Below, piece by piece: positions 58,701 to 64,000 of a stretch of DNA of 64,000 nt; within the stretch, counting starts at the first letter, position 1; every line of letters starts with the position of its first letter. The DNA lies in assembly GCA_010909165.1 (NCBI GenBank), contig VJWM01000003.1, positions 186,001 to 250,000 on the forward strand. The letters run 5' to 3'. The notes beneath the pieces were generated by a model. It searched no databases, was not told the DNA's origin, and was given only the letters and a program-made list of their open reading frames with translations. The DNA is from Anthoceros angustus. Lineage: Eukaryota; Plantae; Anthocerotophyta. Made by a program: the position numbers and the translations under genes.

Positions 58701-61700
58701 AATGTCCACATTTGTGAGGTGTATAACCTTGCCGCACATCGAGGCCGCAAGAAGAACAGCAAAGCAGCCCGATTCAAGTTCATTGAAACGCTGGACAGCA
58801 GCCCGATTGTCATGACAGGCAAGTGGTTTGTTAACCAGCTCGAAGGAGTCAGGCCCAAACCGCAGTCGCATATAATCCTCCAAAATTCTCATCACAGCCT
58901 GTGTAGAATTCACAAGTTAACTAAAACAAAGGATGATACAGGCAAAGCCACAATGCACCAGACTAAGTGATTCAACAAACAGAGAACTGCCCCTCAAACA
59001 ACCTTGGATGAAACCATAATCACTACTTTGCGGCGCTTTGCTTTAAGATTCATAAGCATCATGTCTAGCAGCTGAAGCTTGCCGCTAGCTTGTATGGTAT
59101 CCATCAAAAGCGATTCCTCCACCACATCTTTTCCATCCACTCTAGATGCATTTGCAGCAGAGGGGTGGGCCGAGCACTGTGAATGGACATCACATGGAAA
59201 CACGATATCAGAATCTTGGAACTAAATTTCCCGGCTCAACTGCAGCTGCTTTCCCATTCCTCAGAGACAAATGGATATACATGACAAAAGATGTGAACGA
59301 ACCCGAGATAGAGACAAATGAATCAAGACACCATGCATCCACAATCCCGAGTAGGCGATCAAATGCACGTAAAACCCCTTACAGTCAGAAGCACCTACCA
59401 GGTGAAGTTCAGTCACAATATCTTTAAATGTTGAGATTTTTTCTCCTTGTATTCGGCCATCTAGCAGTGTCAAGTAGTTCTTCAACAATGTCTCACAGTA
59501 CTGCTCCACCTGCTGGTTACTCATTTCAACCGGAACCCAGTGCTCCACCAACTGAAAGTCTGAAGAACATAACTTCTCGGATGGAGATACAATGAACTCA
59601 CTTAATAATTTCAACAAAAAATCCCTTTGCTGTTTGTCATCCAGATCTGAACACCGATGATGACAACTACTTGCCTCTGCATGCTGCAGAAAGCTCACTA
59701 TCTGCAACAGATCCTCCACTTCCTTCTGCGCACATTGCAAGAGCAATCAACTGATGAGTATGCTGCCTTCAGGTTGTATGCTTCAGACACGATGCTGCCT
59801 AGCAGACTACAACCAGGTACAACTTATCGACCCAGTATGTTGAAAACATGTCTGCACGGTTTGATCTGAAGGGGGACCTTAAGCGGCTCATGGGAAAAGA
59901 GGAGCCGAAAGTCTGTTCGGAACAGACGAAAAGAGTCCTCTGCATTTGCACCTTTCACCATTCTGTAGCCTTCATCAGCCAACAATGCCTCCCAGCTGAT
60001 GTCCCTTAGATATGAATCCTACACACAATTGTGGCCATGAGAGAGCAATGTAACTTTCATCGAAGGTAACCTGACTCGTGGACCAAGGGAAACACATCAC
60101 AAAAAAACTTCTACACACATTTTCGGAAACACAGTTCAGATGATAGAAAAGATTCTGTACCACACAAGCGATCTCAAATGTTGTGAAGACAATCTGACGT
60201 TTAGAACCTCCACCAACATAGTTGAACTCGTAGCGTTGAATAACCTCTCTAGCCAACTGGCTTCCTGTGTAGGTTACTGCATATGCTTCAGGTGCAATCC
60301 GCAATAGTTCTTTCTCCCAAGCAGGTACAGCCTTGGATGGCAAGACAATTAGAACAGGCTTGGCATTCGGGCATGCTTGGAGAAGCGACAAAACAAACGT
60401 AAGAGCCGTTCTTTCCTGAGAGGTCCAAAAAAATAAGGCATCACATCAGATTAAAAGAACTAACACCCTGTCCTCAGAAGACCACACACTATCATCACAA
60501 GCCAGAAGTTGCAATGTCGAGCACCTACAAACCTTGCAGGCATCTTGAGACAGTAAGCAGTTGGACTTCAAATTCCAGCGTGCCATAAGTTTTTCTAGCA
60601 CCTCTACTTGCTCGTAATGCCACCGTACCCCATCCCATTCTGGCTGTACAGGAAGCCTTTCAATTGGCCCAAGCCCCTTTTCAACCTGATCACAACACAG
60701 CATTAAGCTAGGAACGGAATGCAAACCAAATCAACACAACACTATACCTCATCTTGCCTTCCACCAGTGGGAGTTACCTTGTTGAACCTTAGTGCAAGGT
60801 CCTCTCCAATTTTATTTGCTAACACACCAGTATCGCTTGGTTCCCAAGTGCAACAGTCATATCCAAGACCTTTCCATTTCACCAGCCATTGGCCAGCACC
60901 GCCCCCACCCAAACCACAGACTCTCTCGTGTCTATGACTGGCCCCCCACGGTTCCTTGTGTGCAAGAAGCCGTTCTGGAACAACCCAGTCTTCATTCCAG
61001 TTGGGGCTCTATTCCAAGAGTATCATAAACACTTCAGCAGTACTTCCCAGCACTTGTTGCCCTCAAATAGAAGCTAGCTATACATCAAAACTAGTGAGGC
61101 TACTCAGTTATACACACCATTACAGGAAAGAAACGCTGTTGAGTGATACCTTGCCCTGTTCTGCTTTCCTCTTGTACGAGGAAAGCTTCTTGGGAGCTAG
61201 TTTGATGAGCTCAGCCTCTTGCACCCAGGTGTTATAGACATGGGCATAACCACTCCACTTCACAAAATATTCCTTGGTGTCACATACCAGAACCTCAACA
61301 GCAGCAGCACTCAGGTTTTCCTTTGAGCCATGCGTCTCACCATTAACTGCATTCAAGGAAGACTTTCAGATATTCCACAACCCATTTTGCAATTCCAGAA
61401 CTAAAACACAGCAAAAGATCAACCACTAACACAAAAAAAATTGTCAATCCCTGAGAAACTCAAATACACGAATGGCTCGACAACTAACACACTAACAGAT
61501 GTCAATCCATATGGAACTCAAATACAGAACTAGCTCAACCACTCAGACACTATTAACACTCGTCAATCCATCCAGAACTACAAACACATCACATCCCAGA
61601 GTTCACAACAGCAGGTTTAGCACAAACATGCTCACCCGAAACTGCTGCTGCTGCAATTTGAGATTTTGGATCTATGACTGACAGCGACCTAGCCTCCCTG

Positions 61701-64000
61701 ACCCTCCATATAGACTCCACTTCGACACCATCAAATATGTGCGCCAACAGCCTCCTCTGCTGACATTGAGGACAGTACCAATTACCTACAGGTTTCTCAG
61801 CCACCGGGGGTACAGCACAACCCAAGTGGTATGTCGTTTTGCAGCCCTTGCAGCCACAACATCTGCAAAAAGCACATGACATCACCATAGTTAAGAACCC
61901 ACACTAGCAAACATACTTCTTAGAAAAAGCGAGCATTTATGCTCAGCAAAGTTCTTGGCAAGGAGAAAGTTCATGGCAAGGAAAGAAAATTGCCAATGGG
62001 TTTCAACATACAGGAGATCACCACGCAGCCCGCACTTCTCACAGATATCGTTGTGCTCATCCACCGAGCAGAGATCCTCTGTCTCCCCAACATTCGGACC
62101 AGGACTTGAACTGGTTCCTTTTGCCTTCACTGTATCTGCATCAGTACACATTCCGGTAGCATCCACAGCCTCTAGAACTGCAGGCGTTGCAACTTCAGGA
62201 GCTTGCATGATCCGTGTGTCTTTGCAAACATCCAAGGAGCCTAACTTTGCTACTCCTTCAACGCCATTCTGAGCAGGAGAATCTTCCCGTTGTGAAGAAA
62301 CAGGTAGGCTGGAACCTGTGGGGGCACCGTTAGCTCCAGTCTCCAATAAGACAATGTTCTTATTTCTACCTCGCAACCCTTCACCTGGACTCAGTGAACC
62401 CTTTATCTGAGAGTGTGACCTCTTCTTTCCACCGGTTTGGATTGAAGGAAATTCACTATCACATAGCCTGTCATCAGGGGATCCTGCAACTCCAGCTTCC
62501 ATTCTTCTTTCAATGTCCAGGTTATGGCTTGCTCCCTGGTGCGGCTCCATGGTTGAAGGAGATGAAGATGGGCCCCCTCCATCAGCTCCAGCTTCAGACC
62601 CAAGCAAGCTAATCTGTCGGGGCGGGCCTGCAAGAGATCCAGATAAGCTAGTGCCTGTTCCCATTGCTGAACTTGGAGGTGGCCCTGCTGCCAGAGCTTG
62701 CACCTCCAGAGTCTGAACTTCTTCCGCCTTAGCCAGATGGTGGGAGGAACTCATAAATGCAGGATCTGAGCTTTGTGACGATCCCTTCACATGCGGAGCG
62801 TTCTTCTCAAGAGAGTCCTGAAGAGGATCAGCCACAAGCAGCTTTCTTCTATCTGACCGGTCACAAACATCCTTCTGAACTGATTCAAAACACGAAGTCT
62901 TCTGATGGTACATACTAGCAAGAGAGACAGCCTCCCTGTGCCCCTTGCTGCCATCCCCATCCTTGAAGCGTTCATAACCACTGACGAACAGGCACAAGCA
63001 GCTGGGAAGGGCCAAGACCAATCCAGACAAACCTTTGGTAAGAAATTCAAAACGAAAAGGCATTGCTAACACAATAGAGTGCAGAAAACAAGCTCATACT
63101 TTGCACACAAACTCCCTTCGCGGGCCCAGGGGCAATGGCAGTACCTTCTCTGCACGGCTTCATAATGATCTGATGCTCGCTTGAACCCAAAGAACTTCAC
63201 AATTTTTAGTTTTGGACCTTCTCCTTTTCTCTCAAGGAGGTCGAGCGGGACATCCGGTGGGATACACGCACGAGACATCAGAATTCCAGGCCACCACAAC
63301 TCCTCTGTTATCTGCAGAAAGACACCCGAGTCAAGTGGCAGCGAGACGCTGTACAACAGAATGTAAGCCACGCAAGGGGCAACAGGTACCTTAGCCCAGA
63401 CAACTGCACCACTTGATAACTTGCCATCCCTTTCTTTGGAAGTGATGCTTTCATCCTGCTTGCCGTGCAGCACCTTGGCTGAACGGTCAATAGGACAGAC
63501 TATTCTTGGAGCAAACCCCGGGTTTGGATCTCCTGTTGTGACCGAATCACTGCCTTGAATAACAGACTGCATGTCTTTGGTCTTTCTCACCCTCGGGTGC
63601 GGCTGGTTGGGCAAATGCCGAGCCCTTGTATAACTTTCGGACCTACCCTGAGCCTCAGCTGCATGTTCCTCCGTCTCATCACCGACATGCCTACCCCCAG
63701 CTGACCCTTCATTCCCCACCGAACATTCCACCAGATCCTCTGCACAGAGGCGCCCACTTGTCCAAGACGAAGACGAGCTTCTCTCCACACTCAAGTCTTT
63801 GTGGAGCTCCTTAGCCTCTGCCCTTCCACATTGCTTGGAATCCACATCTTCCGTGTCCTTCGGTGAGGCATCCTCCCCTCCAGACAACCACAGCCACCTC
63901 CTGCCTGCTCTACAACCGGTTGGCGTCATGCTAGACCCAACGGGTGTAGGGGACTCCTCCAGTGCACCTCTCCTTCCCTGAGGACTCTGTGAAGGAGAAG
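52759..64000 (-). CDS. MOM1: MOM1-like CHD3-derived chromatin silencing factor: PWWP - PHD - chromo - chromo - degenerate SNF2 - coiled coil - Q-rich - CMM2 - SIM; 5' end beyond window
   Basis: PHD (CEKCGLRGDLL..CKGCKTTYHLGCAVPP...WYCPQC), chromodomains (EYFVKWSGYAHVYNTW; WLVKWKGLGYDCCTWE), SNF2 remnants (SGKLQLLDMML; VFRLYTRLSVEE; ILRWGARELF; FWSVLL), CMM2-like DPLSHEEARLKK...VDMNRELADML, and C-terminal VIDLTDDD. Confidence 0.85.

Overview
Gene-dense nuclear DNA of a land plant, with short GT-AG introns of about 50-120 nt. It is probably a non-flowering lineage such as a hornwort/bryophyte or lycophyte; this is inferred from intron size, compactness and the presence of PAN3, not proven. Host genes in order: IQ+BAG co-chaperone (runs off the left edge), intronless MCM5 with paired E2F sites, a RanBP2-type zinc-finger protein, tRNA-Gly(CCC), phosphomevalonate kinase, a U-box/ARM E3 ligase, a 1.3k-aa secreted proline-rich protein, PAN3, a Root_cap-family secreted protein, an intronless SKU5-like oxidase head-to-head with an intronless GH27 alpha-galactosidase, and a large MOM1-like CHD3 derivative (runs off the right edge). 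Two transposon-rich islands (~14.4-20.4 kb and ~45.4-52.7 kb) interrupt the genes. The four most notable observations are: (1) the MOM1-like protein has a degenerate ATPase and an apparent N-terminal PWWP domain; (2) PAN3 has two tandem CCCH fingers, one of metazoan-type and one of fungal-type spacing; (3) a copia RT is split by an unclassified 30-bp-TIR element, and its halves now lie 4 kb apart in opposite orientation yet rejoin in frame; (4) an unrecognised ORF motif is shared by both TE islands. All translations, splice models and alignments were done by eye, and no database search was run.
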